A DNA stretch of 58,507 nucleotides, from NCBI GenBank assembly GCA_965242265.1, contig CBDERS010000043.1, forward strand, positions 1 through 58,507, in the 5' to 3' direction. Below, in pieces: positions 30,317-40,052 of the stretch. A model generated the notes under the pieces. That model was not told where the DNA came from, made no database searches, and worked only from the letters and a program-made list of their open reading frames with translations. A program made the translations under genes and the position numbers. Origin of the DNA: an uncultured Candidatus Saccharibacteria bacterium. GTDB taxonomy: Bacteria; Patescibacteriota; Saccharimonadia; Saccharimonadales; Saccharimonadaceae. Every line of letters begins with the position of its first letter. The stretch's first letter is position 1.

Positions 30317-30723
30317 AGGACACTAAGCACCGGCCACTTCGCTTCGTCATAGTCGGCGTCTCTAATACCGTCCTTGACTTCACCCTGATGAATCTACTCA
30401 GCTTAGCCGGTCTCAATCTCATCATAGCTAATACTATCTCGACCGGTATCGCCATGATCTACAGTTTCTTGATGAATAAGAAATGGACCTTTCGTAATGC
30501 CGGGCAAGACTATTTACGTCAGGTTATCCTCTTCTTTATCTTCACCGCTATCGGTATCTGGGTAATCCAGAATGGGCTGATAATCCTAGCTCAGCATTAC
30601 CTACCTCATTTTGGTTTACCCGATCAAGCCTTTAATAACTTAGCTAAGCTGGGCGCTTCAGTCTTTAGCCTGACTTGGAACTATCTGACTTATAATCGCT
30701 TCGTCTTTACCGACAAACGCTAG
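30313..30723 (+). CDS. GtrA family flippase
   Basis: RFVIVGVSNT, NKKWTF, NYL..RFVF; overlaps the GtrB-like gene. Confidence 0.9.
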   Translation: MKDTKHRPLRFVIVGVSNTVLDFTLMNLLSLAGLNLIIANTISTGIAMIYSFLMNKKWTFRNAGQDYLRQVILFFIFTAIGIWVIQNGLIILAQHYLPHFGLPDQAFNNLAKLGASVFSLTWNYLTYNRFVFTDKR

Positions 30724-31205
30724 TCACTTGGCTTGCTCTCAGGAGTAGTAATCTTGCGGATTACCACATGTCTTTCAGTACCTTCACCTTCACTCTCAGT
30801 CGATAATTGCGTATAATCACCTAGTACTTTATGGACCACTCGTCGCTCTGCCGGATTCATTGGCTTTAGCGGCATCGGCTCACCGGTCGTCATGACCGAC
30901 TTTGCCCATTTCTCAGCCTTGTCAGCTAGCTGTTCATTATGACGCTTTTTATAGTCAGCGATATCCAGATTCACTCGATATAACAATGCTTTCTGCTGGA
31001 TCAAGGTGACTCTAATGAGGGTCTGGATACTACGCAAAGTATCACCTCGGTTACCGATCAATAGATTTGATAGATACGAGCTCGGTACCGACAGCTCTAT
31101 GACATCTTCCTCTGCCGTAGCATAGACATCGACATTGAGACCAAAGAACGACATTAGATCTTCGGCATATTTCTTGGCATACATGATTGATTCTTCTCTA
31201 TCCAT
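30720..31205 (-). CDS. jag: Jag/KhpB (EloR) KH-R3H RNA-binding protein
   Basis: LIGNRGDTLRSIQ, PMNPAERRVVH, SEGEGTERHVVI; after yidC. Confidence 0.9.
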   Translation of the reverse strand: MDREESIMYAKKYAEDLMSFFGLNVDVYATAEEDVIELSVPSSYLSNLLIGNRGDTLRSIQTLIRVTLIQQKALLYRVNLDIADYKKRHNEQLADKAEKWAKSVMTTGEPMPLKPMNPAERRVVHKVLGDYTQLSTESEGEGTERHVVIRKITTPESKPSD

Positions 31206-31214
31206 ACTTTCTCC

Positions 31215-32159
31215 TTACTTCGCCTTAATCCGTCGTACCACCGTCTTACCGCCACTAGCTTTACTATCTTTCTTACTAGTCGCTTTCTTACGGATGATTA
31301 CCGCCTCTTGGGCCTGCCTGGATCGCTGAGCATTATGGCTACTAGCCATCTTCTCCAGCTCTTCTTCGCTACGACTTAAGACACGCTGCTGCTGACCAAT
31401 CGCCACCAGCGAAGTAGTGGCGTAGTATAGCACTACCGCTCCGGGTAAAGCTAACATCACCATTAGAGTCATGATCGGCGTAAAGTACAGCATATTACGA
31501 TTCATAGCTGAGACCATATCCGACTGGTCAACCTCCTGCCCCTTCGACGCCTGCTTGAATAAGTCTTTCAGCTTCTTGTGTTCACCGGCACTGGGCATGA
31601 TTTGCTTAGTCTGGTAAAACTGAAAGACGGTAGCTAAGATGGCGATCATCAGCCCCGGTAAGTAACCGGCGACTACCTTAGTCAGATCAACCACCCCCAG
31701 CAGCATCAAGTGATTACCGCTCATCATCTCTGACGCTTTATGAAAGCCGCTCATAAAGGGGTATAAGTAGTCAGCCGGATTGATACCGTTAAGATAATTA
31801 AAGTTGCCACCCGAAGCAATCCTAATCCCCCGGTAGATAGCAATCATGATCGGTATCTGGATGAGCAAGACCAGCATCGAGCTAAATGGCTTGATATTCT
31901 TCTCTCGATAAAGCTCCATCAGCATGGTAGACTCCAGCATCCGGTTGCCGTTGGCTTTCTGTTTAATCTTCTTCAGCTCCGGCTGTATCTGACGCATCAT
32001 CTTTGTCTGGTGAAGCTGTTTCTTGACTAGCGGCCACATTAGCAGCCTGATCAGAATAGTCACGATGATGATCGAGACACCAAAGTCACCGATAAAGTTA
32101 TAGATAAACGCCAGCAGATTAAAAATGGGCTGAGTTAATAGACGGTCAAATAGATTCAT
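31215..32159 (-). CDS. yidC: membrane protein insertase YidC
   Basis: GVSIIIVTILIRLLMWP, QPELKKIK, LIQIPI, GAVVLYY. Confidence 0.93.
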   Translation of the reverse strand: MNLFDRLLTQPIFNLLAFIYNFIGDFGVSIIIVTILIRLLMWPLVKKQLHQTKMMRQIQPELKKIKQKANGNRMLESTMLMELYREKNIKPFSSMLVLLIQIPIMIAIYRGIRIASGGNFNYLNGINPADYLYPFMSGFHKASEMMSGNHLMLLGVVDLTKVVAGYLPGLMIAILATVFQFYQTKQIMPSAGEHKKLKDLFKQASKGQEVDQSDMVSAMNRNMLYFTPIMTLMVMLALPGAVVLYYATTSLVAIGQQQRVLSRSEEELEKMASSHNAQRSRQAQEAVIIRKKATSKKDSKASGGKTVVRRIKAK

Positions 32160-32207
32160 ATGCTGTATTTTATCATCTAGCTACTATCTTGACTACTTTT
32201 AGAAGGA

Positions 32208-32552
32208 TTAGGAAATGACGTCAAGTTTAACGAGCATTTTATCCAGCTGCTCACTTAGCTGACTCGGCGATAATTGATCGATCGGCTGATAGACGATCAC
32301 CACCAGGTCAACTACCTGCCGAAACTTATCTAGTCGCAACCGTAGCTGCTCGTAGATCCGACGACGAGTCCGATTGCGGTCTACAGCATGCTTGAGCACC
32401 TTCTTACTGACCACTACTGCTATTCGAGACGTCTGACGTCGCTGATTGCTGGCACACTTTAGCGACAGCTCCTTGTTCCGAGCCTGCTTACCTTTATTTA
32501 AGACATATCGGACACTAGCATGACCATGAAAACGATATTGCTGACTAATCAT
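32208..32552 (-). CDS. rnpA: RNase P protein component
   Basis: VVSKKV..AVDRNRTRR motif; synteny. Confidence 0.93.
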   Translation of the reverse strand: MISQQYRFHGHASVRYVLNKGKQARNKELSLKCASNQRRQTSRIAVVVSKKVLKHAVDRNRTRRRIYEQLRLRLDKFRQVVDLVVIVYQPIDQLSPSQLSEQLDKMLVKLDVIS

Positions 32553-32584
32553 AAATCACCATCAGTATACCAAATAACAATAAA

Positions 32585-32605
32585 GAGGCTCTCGAAAGTA
32601 GCCTC
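32585..32605 (-). terminator. hairpin after rpmH
   Basis: GAGGCT...AGCCTC stem followed by TTTATT on the minus strand. Confidence 0.5.
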
Positions 32606-32626
32606 AAAGGTTAGTCGGAAGGTTGA

Positions 32627-32764
32627 CTAGATAGCTATCTTAGCTCGCTTTTTATTACGACGACGCTTCAAGACTAATCGACCGGCTCGACTGGACATCC
32701 GTGCCCGAAAGCCATGAACTTTCGCTCGACTTCGCTTGTGCGGTTGGTATGTTCTCTTTGGCAT
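32627..32764 (-). CDS. rpmH: 50S ribosomal protein L34
   Basis: manual translation [45 protein letters not shown]; absent from the ORF track. Confidence 0.97.
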   Translation of the reverse strand: MPKRTYQPHKRSRAKVHGFRARMSSRAGRLVLKRRRNKKRAKIAI

Positions 32765-32813
32765 ATCTATAAGATGTTATCACATCAGGCTCATATTTAG
32801 CAAATATCGACGG

Positions 32814-32916
32814 TTTTCCACATATATTAGTGCAATATTCATACTTGTGGAAAACACAAGTTATCCACACGTTGACAAATTAAACAAAGTGTGAATCACT
32901 TTTTGCTTGTGGAAAA
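32814..32916. promoter_or_regulatory. DnaA-box cluster upstream of dnaA
   Basis: TTTTCCACA 32814, TGTGGAAAA 32846 and 32908, perfect TTATCCACA 32861. Confidence 0.85.
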
Positions 32917-32943
32917 CTTGCTATTTTGCTAGACTAAGGGCTA

Positions 32944-34338
32944 ATGAAGGGGCTAAGTGAGGGGGATGATATAGTGCAGAGTGACATCTCAGCTAGTGAG
33001 ATGAAATCTCTCTGGGAGACAGTCTTAAACGACGCTGACTTGTCCGGCCGTTTCGGTACTATGTTTGACACTTTCTGGAAGCCGACCAAGCTGATCAATG
33101 TAAGCAACAATGTTTACACAGTAGAAGTTAAAAATATCTTTGCCAAGAGCCAGTTCGAGAAGAAGTATGAGGACGACGTCCGAGAGTTACTTAAGAAGAA
33201 TGGTGCCAGCTCCCCCAGGGTGGATTTCGTAACCAGCTCAAAAAATCTCAAACGTCGCGAGGATAGCGTGGTGGTAATCGATGATCAGCCCAAGACCGGT
33301 GCCGCTACCGCCTTCGATAGCCACCTAAATAAAAAATATTCTTTTACTAATTTCATCGTCGGTTCATGTAATGAGCTGGCCTATGCCGCCGCCCAAGCCG
33401 CCGCTAAGAAGCCCGGCGAGAAATATAACCCCATCTTTATCTACGGCGGTGCCGGTCTGGGTAAGACTCATCTGATTCAGGCCATCGGTAATGCCATCCT
33501 GGAGCACTTTAGTGACAAGCGAGTACTTTACGTTACCACCGAGGAATTCACTAATGACTATATCTACCATATTACCAACAAGTCATCACAGGAGTTTACC
33601 GATAAGTATCGCAATCTCGATGTCCTTATCATTGATGATATTCAATTTATCAGCGGCAAAGACAAGACCCAGGAAGCCTTCTTTAACACATTTAATGCTC
33701 TCTACCAAGCTAACAGGCAGATCATCATCAGTTCTGACCGTCCACCGGCTATCATCCCCACCCTGACCGACCGACTAAAGAGTCGCTTCCAGATGGGGAT
33801 GAATATTGACGTTAGCTTGCCCGACTACGAGACCAGGGTTGCTATCATCAAGACTAAAGCTCTGTTAAATTCGGCGATTGAGTTACCGGCCGGCACAGCC
33901 GAATATATCGCTCGGACGGTCAAGACTAATATCCGTGAGCTGGAGGGGATGCTTAATCAAGTAATGGCTTACGCCGAGATGCGCAACGTCATCCCGACAG
34001 TCGATTTCGCCACCGAAGTACTGGCCAGTGCCCGTCCCAGCCAAACCCGTCATATTACCGCCCGTCAGATCATCGAGAAGACAGCCAAGTATTTCGAGAT
34101 CAAGACCAGCGAGATCAAGTCAGCTTCCCGCAGCCAATACATCATCGTACCGCGTCAGATCGCCATGTATTTATTGCGCAGCGAGCTCCACATGAGCTAC
34201 CCTCAGATTACCAGGGAGTTAGGTCGTAAGGATCATACTACCGCCATGCATTCGATTAACAAGATCGAAAAACAGCTCAAGTTTGACGCTATGATCAGAG
34301 AAAAAGTTAACGATATTAAGGATAGGCTTTATGCTTAG
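32944..34338 (+). CDS. dnaA: chromosomal replication initiator DnaA
   Basis: YNPIFIYGGAGLGKTHL, DDIQF, NIRELEG, RKDHTT. Confidence 0.98.
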   Translation: MKGLSEGDDIVQSDISASEMKSLWETVLNDADLSGRFGTMFDTFWKPTKLINVSNNVYTVEVKNIFAKSQFEKKYEDDVRELLKKNGASSPRVDFVTSSKNLKRREDSVVVIDDQPKTGAATAFDSHLNKKYSFTNFIVGSCNELAYAAAQAAAKKPGEKYNPIFIYGGAGLGKTHLIQAIGNAILEHFSDKRVLYVTTEEFTNDYIYHITNKSSQEFTDKYRNLDVLIIDDIQFISGKDKTQEAFFNTFNALYQANRQIIISSDRPPAIIPTLTDRLKSRFQMGMNIDVSLPDYETRVAIIKTKALLNSAIELPAGTAEYIARTVKTNIRELEGMLNQVMAYAEMRNVIPTVDFATEVLASARPSQTRHITARQIIEKTAKYFEIKTSEIKSASRSQYIIVPRQIAMYLLRSELHMSYPQITRELGRKDHTTAMHSINKIEKQLKFDAMIREKVNDIKDRLYA

Positions 34339-34599
34339 CCGGGCTGTGGATATACTGCGACTAAGCTGTGTTTTTGTAGTATCGCAACCTGATGATGGTT
34401 TGTCACATTATTCGGCGCCAAGCCATATTTTGGGTCTAATGTGTAAAAACACCCCCACTTTTCCTGTTTTCTACACTATCTATCCCCCATTTTATCCACT
34501 ATCGCCTAGCGGCTATCGACCAGGTATAGCGGAGCGGTTTTCCACTTTATCCACATACCTTATGATGATGAGTAAGATATATTTAATTAAGGAGGGATC
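34339..34599. other. replication origin (oriC, dnaA-dnaN intergenic part with unwinding element)
   Basis: TGTGGATAT 34346, TTATCCACT 34492, tandem TTTTCCACT+TTATCCACA 34538-34555, then ATG-triplet repeats and AT-rich ATATTTAATTAA. Confidence 0.85.
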
Positions 34600-35697
34600 A
34601 TGAAGTTAACTATCAAGCAAGACAACCTCGCCAGAGCACTGAATGCCGTTGGGCGAGTCGCCACGGCTAAAGCCGGTATGCCAATCTTAGCTAATATCCT
34701 GCTGCGAACTAATCAGAACAAACTAACTATTGCCGCTACCAATCTCGAAGTGGCAATTATCTCCGTCATCGGAGCGCAAGTGAAAGAGCAGGGGGCGATC
34801 ACCGTACCGGCTCGCCTATTAACTGATTTCATCAGTAACCTACCGCACACCAATGTTACCCTAGAGACGGATGAATCGAAGCTAAAGGTTAGCACCGAAG
34901 GGTTTAAGTCAACCATCAACTCAATCTTAGCTGACGACTACCCGGCTTTACCCGAGTCGGATGAGAAAGACAAGCTAAAAGTCTCTGCCGAAGAGCTGAA
35001 GAAATCGATTAGTCGGACGGCACTGGTGTCGAGTAATGATACTACCAGACCAATCTTGACCGGTGTCTACCTGTACTCGCAGGATGGTCAGCTCTATATG
35101 GTGGCGACCGATGGCTATCGCCTGGCTGAGTCGCAGCTGATCGAGTCCAAGCAGGATGTCTCGGCGATCATCCCCAGCAGTACTTTAGCTGAAGTGGTGC
35201 GCTTATTGGGTGATCTGACTGAAGTAGAGGTGAAGTATAAGGACGATCAGATTACTTTCCTGCTTGATAATGTCTCGGTCACCTCACGCTTGATAGATGG
35301 TAAGTTCATCGACTACCGTCAGCTTATCCCGACGGAGACGAATTACCAGATAACGGTGGAGCGAGCGGAGTTCATCAAGATAGTCAAGGTAGCTGAGCTG
35401 TTCGCTCGAGAGAGTGCCGGGTCGATCATTATCGAGGGTAATCCTACTGATAAACTCTTAAGTGTTCGCTCCATTACTTCTCAGCTTGGTGATAATACTT
35501 CGTCGATTGAGGCGGATATCGTAGCGAAAGGAACTGAGCCGTGTATGGTCAGTCTCAACTCTAAATTTTTATTAGATGCTCTGAATTGTCTGGAGGGAGA
35601 TAAAGTCCGGATCATGTTTAACGGCAAGCTGGCACCGGTACTTCTACTGGGAGAAAAACCGGATTATCGTCATATCATAATGCCGGTTAAGTCATAG
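34600..35697 (+). CDS. dnaN: DNA polymerase III beta clamp
   Basis: PILANILL, ATNLE, ATDGYRLA, HIIMPV; synteny. Confidence 0.97.
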   Translation: MKLTIKQDNLARALNAVGRVATAKAGMPILANILLRTNQNKLTIAATNLEVAIISVIGAQVKEQGAITVPARLLTDFISNLPHTNVTLETDESKLKVSTEGFKSTINSILADDYPALPESDEKDKLKVSAEELKKSISRTALVSSNDTTRPILTGVYLYSQDGQLYMVATDGYRLAESQLIESKQDVSAIIPSSTLAEVVRLLGDLTEVEVKYKDDQITFLLDNVSVTSRLIDGKFIDYRQLIPTETNYQITVERAEFIKIVKVAELFARESAGSIIIEGNPTDKLLSVRSITSQLGDNTSSIEADIVAKGTEPCMVSLNSKFLLDALNCLEGDKVRIMFNGKLAPVLLLGEKPDYRHIIMPVKS

Positions 35698-36717
35698 ATG
35701 TCTCACCTTCTACGCCTACAGAACTTTCGTTGCCACCAAGACTATCAGGTCGAGCTGCCGAGTGAATTAACGATCATCACCGGGCCGAACGGTAGTGGCA
35801 AAACTTCACTCATTGAGGCGATATACCTGGCCTATCAAGGGAAAAGCTGGCGGTCAAACTTCGATCAGATTCGTCGTCAGGCTAACCATCAATCCTCCGA
35901 CTGGTGGCGAGTTGATTTAACCGATCAAACTAAAGAGACCACCAGAACGATCAAATATCAGTCGGGTCAGAAGTCCTTTACGGTCAATGATCGGACGTAC
36001 TGTAGGTTGCCGCTAGCGATGAAAGTGCCGGTGATACTATTTGAGCCGGGTGATATGCAGCTACTCTACGGCTCTCCTACCAGACGTCGTCAGTTTATCG
36101 ATCGTTTCATCGCTCAGCTTGAGCCTACTCACCAGCGAGAGCTGAATAAGTTTAGCCGAGTGCTCAGGCAACGAAATATTCTACTGAAACAAGATGACTA
36201 TTCTGCCGAGGAGCTGATGATCTGGGATATTCAATTCAGCGATCTCAGTAGCACTATCTCTCAGCGACGTCGTCAATATTTACAAGTTATCAGTGAGATG
36301 TTGTCGGCAGAATATCAGCAAATCGCCGGATCGAATCAGATAGTTCAGCTAAGATTTAGTCCGGGAGCACCAATGACCGACCGGGCGATTATGCACCGAC
36401 TGACCGGTTCTCGTGATCGCTTGACCACTATCGGCGCCCAGAAAGACGACTACAAATTTATTTTTGGTGATAGCGAGGCAAAATCAGTAGCGAGTCGAGG
36501 TGAGAATCGGACGATTATCTTTGCTTTACTCAGCATCATCACTAAGCTGGCTCGTCAACAGTATGGTGATCAGGTAGTGATCCTACTTGACGACATTGAT
36601 AGCGAGCTCGACTATAGTCACCGGGTTAATCTCTATGATCTACCTAGTTTTCAGAGTCATACCATCGCTACGACTCTCGACTATCAGGGTGATCACCACT
36701 CTATCCGGCTAGGTTAG
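35698..36717 (+). CDS. recF: DNA replication/repair protein RecF
   Basis: NFR, GPNGSGKTS, GSPTRRRQFIDR, QRN, LLDDIDSELD. Confidence 0.9.
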   Translation: MSHLLRLQNFRCHQDYQVELPSELTIITGPNGSGKTSLIEAIYLAYQGKSWRSNFDQIRRQANHQSSDWWRVDLTDQTKETTRTIKYQSGQKSFTVNDRTYCRLPLAMKVPVILFEPGDMQLLYGSPTRRRQFIDRFIAQLEPTHQRELNKFSRVLRQRNILLKQDDYSAEELMIWDIQFSDLSSTISQRRRQYLQVISEMLSAEYQQIAGSNQIVQLRFSPGAPMTDRAIMHRLTGSRDRLTTIGAQKDDYKFIFGDSEAKSVASRGENRTIIFALLSIITKLARQQYGDQVVILLDDIDSELDYSHRVNLYDLPSFQSHTIATTLDYQGDHHSIRLG

Positions 36718-37899
36718 CTGATTAAGGGCAGAGATGATGTCTTGTTTAGATGCTTTATAGGCGGGGTAAACACCGGCGATCAGACCGGTCACTGTCGGTA
36801 CGACTAGCCCGAGTATGATGGCTAGCGGGCTAAAGCTGATCATCATCGAATGAGTGAGCAGGTAGATAGAGGCGACGATATAAGCTAGCAGCAGTCCGAC
36901 CAGCCCTCCTCTCAGAGAGATGATTAGGGCTTCGGCTAAGAATTGACTGACGATATCTTTGGTATTAGCACCGACGGCTTTACGGATACCGATTTCTCGC
37001 TGACGTTCGATTACCCCGACCAGCATGATATTAGCTAGACTAATGCTGCTGATCAGGAGGATCAGGCTGGTGATACCGAGTGACGACATAACCAGTATTC
37101 GGACCAGATCATTCATCTTAGCTGAGATATCTTCACCGCTGGTAATTGAATAGTCGCTACTGTCGGCATGTTGGTGAGTTAAGATTTGGCTCAGCTTGGT
37201 CTTAGTCTGATCTATTTTGCTAATCTTAGTGACGATGATCTGACTGACGTTATCGCTCCGAATCAGGCGTTGACCGTTGTCTAGGGAAATGTAGGCGGAA
37301 TAATCGGTATTGTAGCCTCGGATAGATAGGGCCTGGTTAGTCCGGCGGATTATCCCGATGACCGTGAAGCGTTGTCCTTTGATAGTAATGACCTGGCTGC
37401 GAGCTTGATTAGTACCGAGCAACTGATTTGCCAAGCCTTCGCCCAGGATAACCAGGTTCTTATCTTTCTCGTCTTCAAACCAACTACCGTTGAGCATGTG
37501 GAGTTCTAAGTTAGCCGGGTTGATCACTGAAGTAGCAATGATTCGGCTGGTGACTTTCGTCTTACCGAATTGAATACCGCCCGAAGTAATCAGCGTACTA
37601 TGAATAGCAGAGCTCTTAGGTAAGATCTTGCTGATTTGCTTGATATCGGTATTACGCAAGGTGTCTCTAGGGGTACTGAAAGGCAGATTGATTAGTCCGC
37701 TATCTCTAGCTCCGCTGATGATAATTGATCTCTTATCTATCCGCTCCAGCTGATGGTAAAAGCTAAGCTTGACACTATCGCTGATGATGATGACCAGTGA
37801 AATGATGAAGACACTGATGATGATGCCGATCATCGATAGTCTTACTCGTAAGCGGTGGTGACGCAGGCTATCTTTAGCTAGGTGAAGAGCTAAGTTCAT
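36709..37899 (-). CDS. MacB/FtsX-type ABC transporter permease
   Basis: NIMLVGVIERQREIGIRKAVGA, QFLAE, YPAYKAS. Confidence 0.9.
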   Translation of the reverse strand: MNLALHLAKDSLRHHRLRVRLSMIGIIISVFIISLVIIISDSVKLSFYHQLERIDKRSIIISGARDSGLINLPFSTPRDTLRNTDIKQISKILPKSSAIHSTLITSGGIQFGKTKVTSRIIATSVINPANLELHMLNGSWFEDEKDKNLVILGEGLANQLLGTNQARSQVITIKGQRFTVIGIIRRTNQALSIRGYNTDYSAYISLDNGQRLIRSDNVSQIIVTKISKIDQTKTKLSQILTHQHADSSDYSITSGEDISAKMNDLVRILVMSSLGITSLILLISSISLANIMLVGVIERQREIGIRKAVGANTKDIVSQFLAEALIISLRGGLVGLLLAYIVASIYLLTHSMMISFSPLAIILGLVVPTVTGLIAGVYPAYKASKQDIISALNQLT

Positions 37900-38762
37900 T
37901 TGTGTCGCCTCACTCTGGTTAGACGTTTCTGTCGTTTCAGTGAATTAGTCGCTTTTTTCTGCCGGTTGGAGATAGTCCGTTTGGTTACCTTAAAGGCCTT
38001 GGTCTCAGTCAGCTCTTCATCTCGCTCGATCTGACCATCTCTCATATAGATTACCCTGGAAGCAAACTTTAGCAACTCGGGGTTATGAGTCACCATCAGG
38101 ATAGTGTTACCTTTCTTGTGGAGTTCGGTCAGTAAGTCCATGATGACCTGGCTATTATTGCTATCCAGATTGCCGGTCGGCTCGTCGGCTAAGATAATTG
38201 AGGGGCGGCTGATCAAAGCTCTAGCGATAGCTACCCGTTGCATCTGACCACCGGAAAGTTGGTTGGGCTTGAAATATTCCCGATTCTTCAGCCCGATAGC
38301 ATCCAGTAGCTGACTGGCCTTCTCTAGGTTCTTGTAGTTCCAGCCATGCCGGTAAGTCAGTGGTAAGACGACGTTATCCAGTACGGTCATATTAGTCACT
38401 AAATTAAAGTTCTGAAAGATAAAACCGATCTCTCGATTACGAATTCTGGCTTTACGACTGCTGCTAAACTTGCCGACATCTCTACCGTTAAATAGGTAGC
38501 GACCGATGGTGGGCTGATCAAGTAGTCCTAGGATATTCAGCAGAGTTGTCTTACCACAGCCACTCGGACCCATGATGGCGACGAACTCACCTCGCTGGAT
38601 CTCCAGATTGATACTGACGATGGCGTCAGTGGCTGAGTCGTCGAAGCCGAATGTCTTAGTGGCTCGTCGTAACGAGATGACCGGCGTCTGGCTATCACCG
38701 GTCGAGACACGAGCAAAAAACACCCGCTCGGGGTGGCTGTCATTACTCACTTCATGTCTCAT
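37896..38762 (-). CDS. LolD/MacB-type ABC ATP-binding protein
   Basis: GPSGCGKTT, LSGGQMQRVAIARAL, ADEPTGNLD. Confidence 0.93.
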   Translation of the reverse strand: MRHEVSNDSHPERVFFARVSTGDSQTPVISLRRATKTFGFDDSATDAIVSINLEIQRGEFVAIMGPSGCGKTTLLNILGLLDQPTIGRYLFNGRDVGKFSSSRKARIRNREIGFIFQNFNLVTNMTVLDNVVLPLTYRHGWNYKNLEKASQLLDAIGLKNREYFKPNQLSGGQMQRVAIARALISRPSIILADEPTGNLDSNNSQVIMDLLTELHKKGNTILMVTHNPELLKFASRVIYMRDGQIERDEELTETKAFKVTKRTISNRQKKATNSLKRQKRLTRVRRHK

Positions 38763-38862
38763 TACCACTGTCTAATATAATACATGTCAAATCGCTTGAT
38801 AGCAAATCCTGACCCCTTAAAAATGATTATGTTTGATATATCGCTGTGCTATAATAATGCTC

Positions 38863-40041
38863 ATGGCAGAACATAAAGTTCCGCAGGACGTTGAGGCCGA
38901 AGATAAGCTGATCGGTCCATTTAGCTTTCGTCAATTTATGTTCCTATTAGTCGCTCTGGGGGCCGGTTTCGTCGCTTTTTTCTTGGGTAGGATCTCAATT
39001 CCGTTAGCTCTGATACCGGCTCCGTTTAGTCTCTTTTTCCTGGTGATCGCTCTTCCCCTGCGTAAAGATCAGCCGACTGAGGTCTATGTGGCGGCATTAG
39101 TCCGCTATGCTTTTGCTCCTCGGTTAAAGGTCTGGCAGGCAGATGGCGAGAAATCAACTGTCGAGATCAGTGCGCCGATCGTTGATACCAGTCCGAAGAC
39201 TAAGGATCTGGCCGGTGAAGAAGTATCACAGCGGCTGTCCTTCCTGGCTAAACTATCCGATACACAGGGTTGGTCAACCAGGGGTATGGGTGTACCGGTC
39301 AATAATACTAACCTCAACGACGATATCGCCTCCAGTGTCAGTAATACCCCTGATATACTAGAGGAAGGTAATATGTCGGAGTCGCTGGAGCGGAAGCTGG
39401 ATCAATCAGAGGTAGAGGCTCGCAACCGGGCGATCAATCGGATGAAACAAGTGGCGACCAATCAAGTGCTGGCTAAGCAGGCTGCTACTAAATTGCAACA
39501 GACTGCTACCATGCCGGTGATGCCGGCTCCCCCCGTTCGGCCGGCCACTCAGCAGCCGATTCCTCAGTTGATCAATCACCCCATCCGCCAGACTACCCCA
39601 CCTGATCAGCCGGTCGCTAATGCTACCTATCAGCTACCTGCTAATCCGGTTACGGCGACACCGATTCCTAATCCCGATCAAGCTCAGTACCAAATACCGC
39701 AGCAGCCTATGGTGCCGGTTCAGCAGCCGGTGCCAATGACACCTCAGCAGCCTCAGCCGGTCTCACCTTCGGTGCAGCCGCAGCCCCCACTGTCTCAGCC
39801 GGTTCAGCCACCGGTAGACTCGGTTGCAACCGGTCCGCAGTTCCACCCGATCGTTCCTCAGGTGCGTCAAGTTCAGCCGACTAATCCGGCGCCGGAAGCA
39901 GCTGCAATATCTAGCCCAATCCCGGCTAAGCCTGCTATAATGGATCAAAGGATATCACCATCGTCTCCACCGTCGGCAGCTAAGCCTAATCCGCCTGCCG
40001 AGAAACCGAAGCCGGGGACGATCGATATCAGATTACACTAG
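38863..40041 (+). CDS. PrgI-family (VirB3-like) T4SS protein with long Pro/Gln-rich tail
   Basis: VPQDVEAEDKLIGPFSFRQF, two TMs, PR..VW; adjacent to the VirB4-like genes. Confidence 0.85.
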   Translation: MAEHKVPQDVEAEDKLIGPFSFRQFMFLLVALGAGFVAFFLGRISIPLALIPAPFSLFFLVIALPLRKDQPTEVYVAALVRYAFAPRLKVWQADGEKSTVEISAPIVDTSPKTKDLAGEEVSQRLSFLAKLSDTQGWSTRGMGVPVNNTNLNDDIASSVSNTPDILEEGNMSESLERKLDQSEVEARNRAINRMKQVATNQVLAKQAATKLQQTATMPVMPAPPVRPATQQPIPQLINHPIRQTTPPDQPVANATYQLPANPVTATPIPNPDQAQYQIPQQPMVPVQQPVPMTPQQPQPVSPSVQPQPPLSQPVQPPVDSVATGPQFHPIVPQVRQVQPTNPAPEAAAISSPIPAKPAIMDQRISPSSPPSAAKPNPPAEKPKPGTIDIRLH

Positions 40042-40052
40042 AGTGGGAGTAT

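Noticed and set aside
32655..32870. 71-aa ORF upstream of dnaA
   Set aside because: Wrong frame over rpmH and the DnaA boxes
34331..34603. 90-aa ORF between dnaA and dnaN
   Set aside because: Coincides with oriC boxes and is not protein-like
39500..39900. CAGCCG-rich repeats as a CRISPR or DNA repeat element
   Set aside because: Explained by Gln-Pro codons in a low-complexity protein tail; no repeat-spacer periodicity
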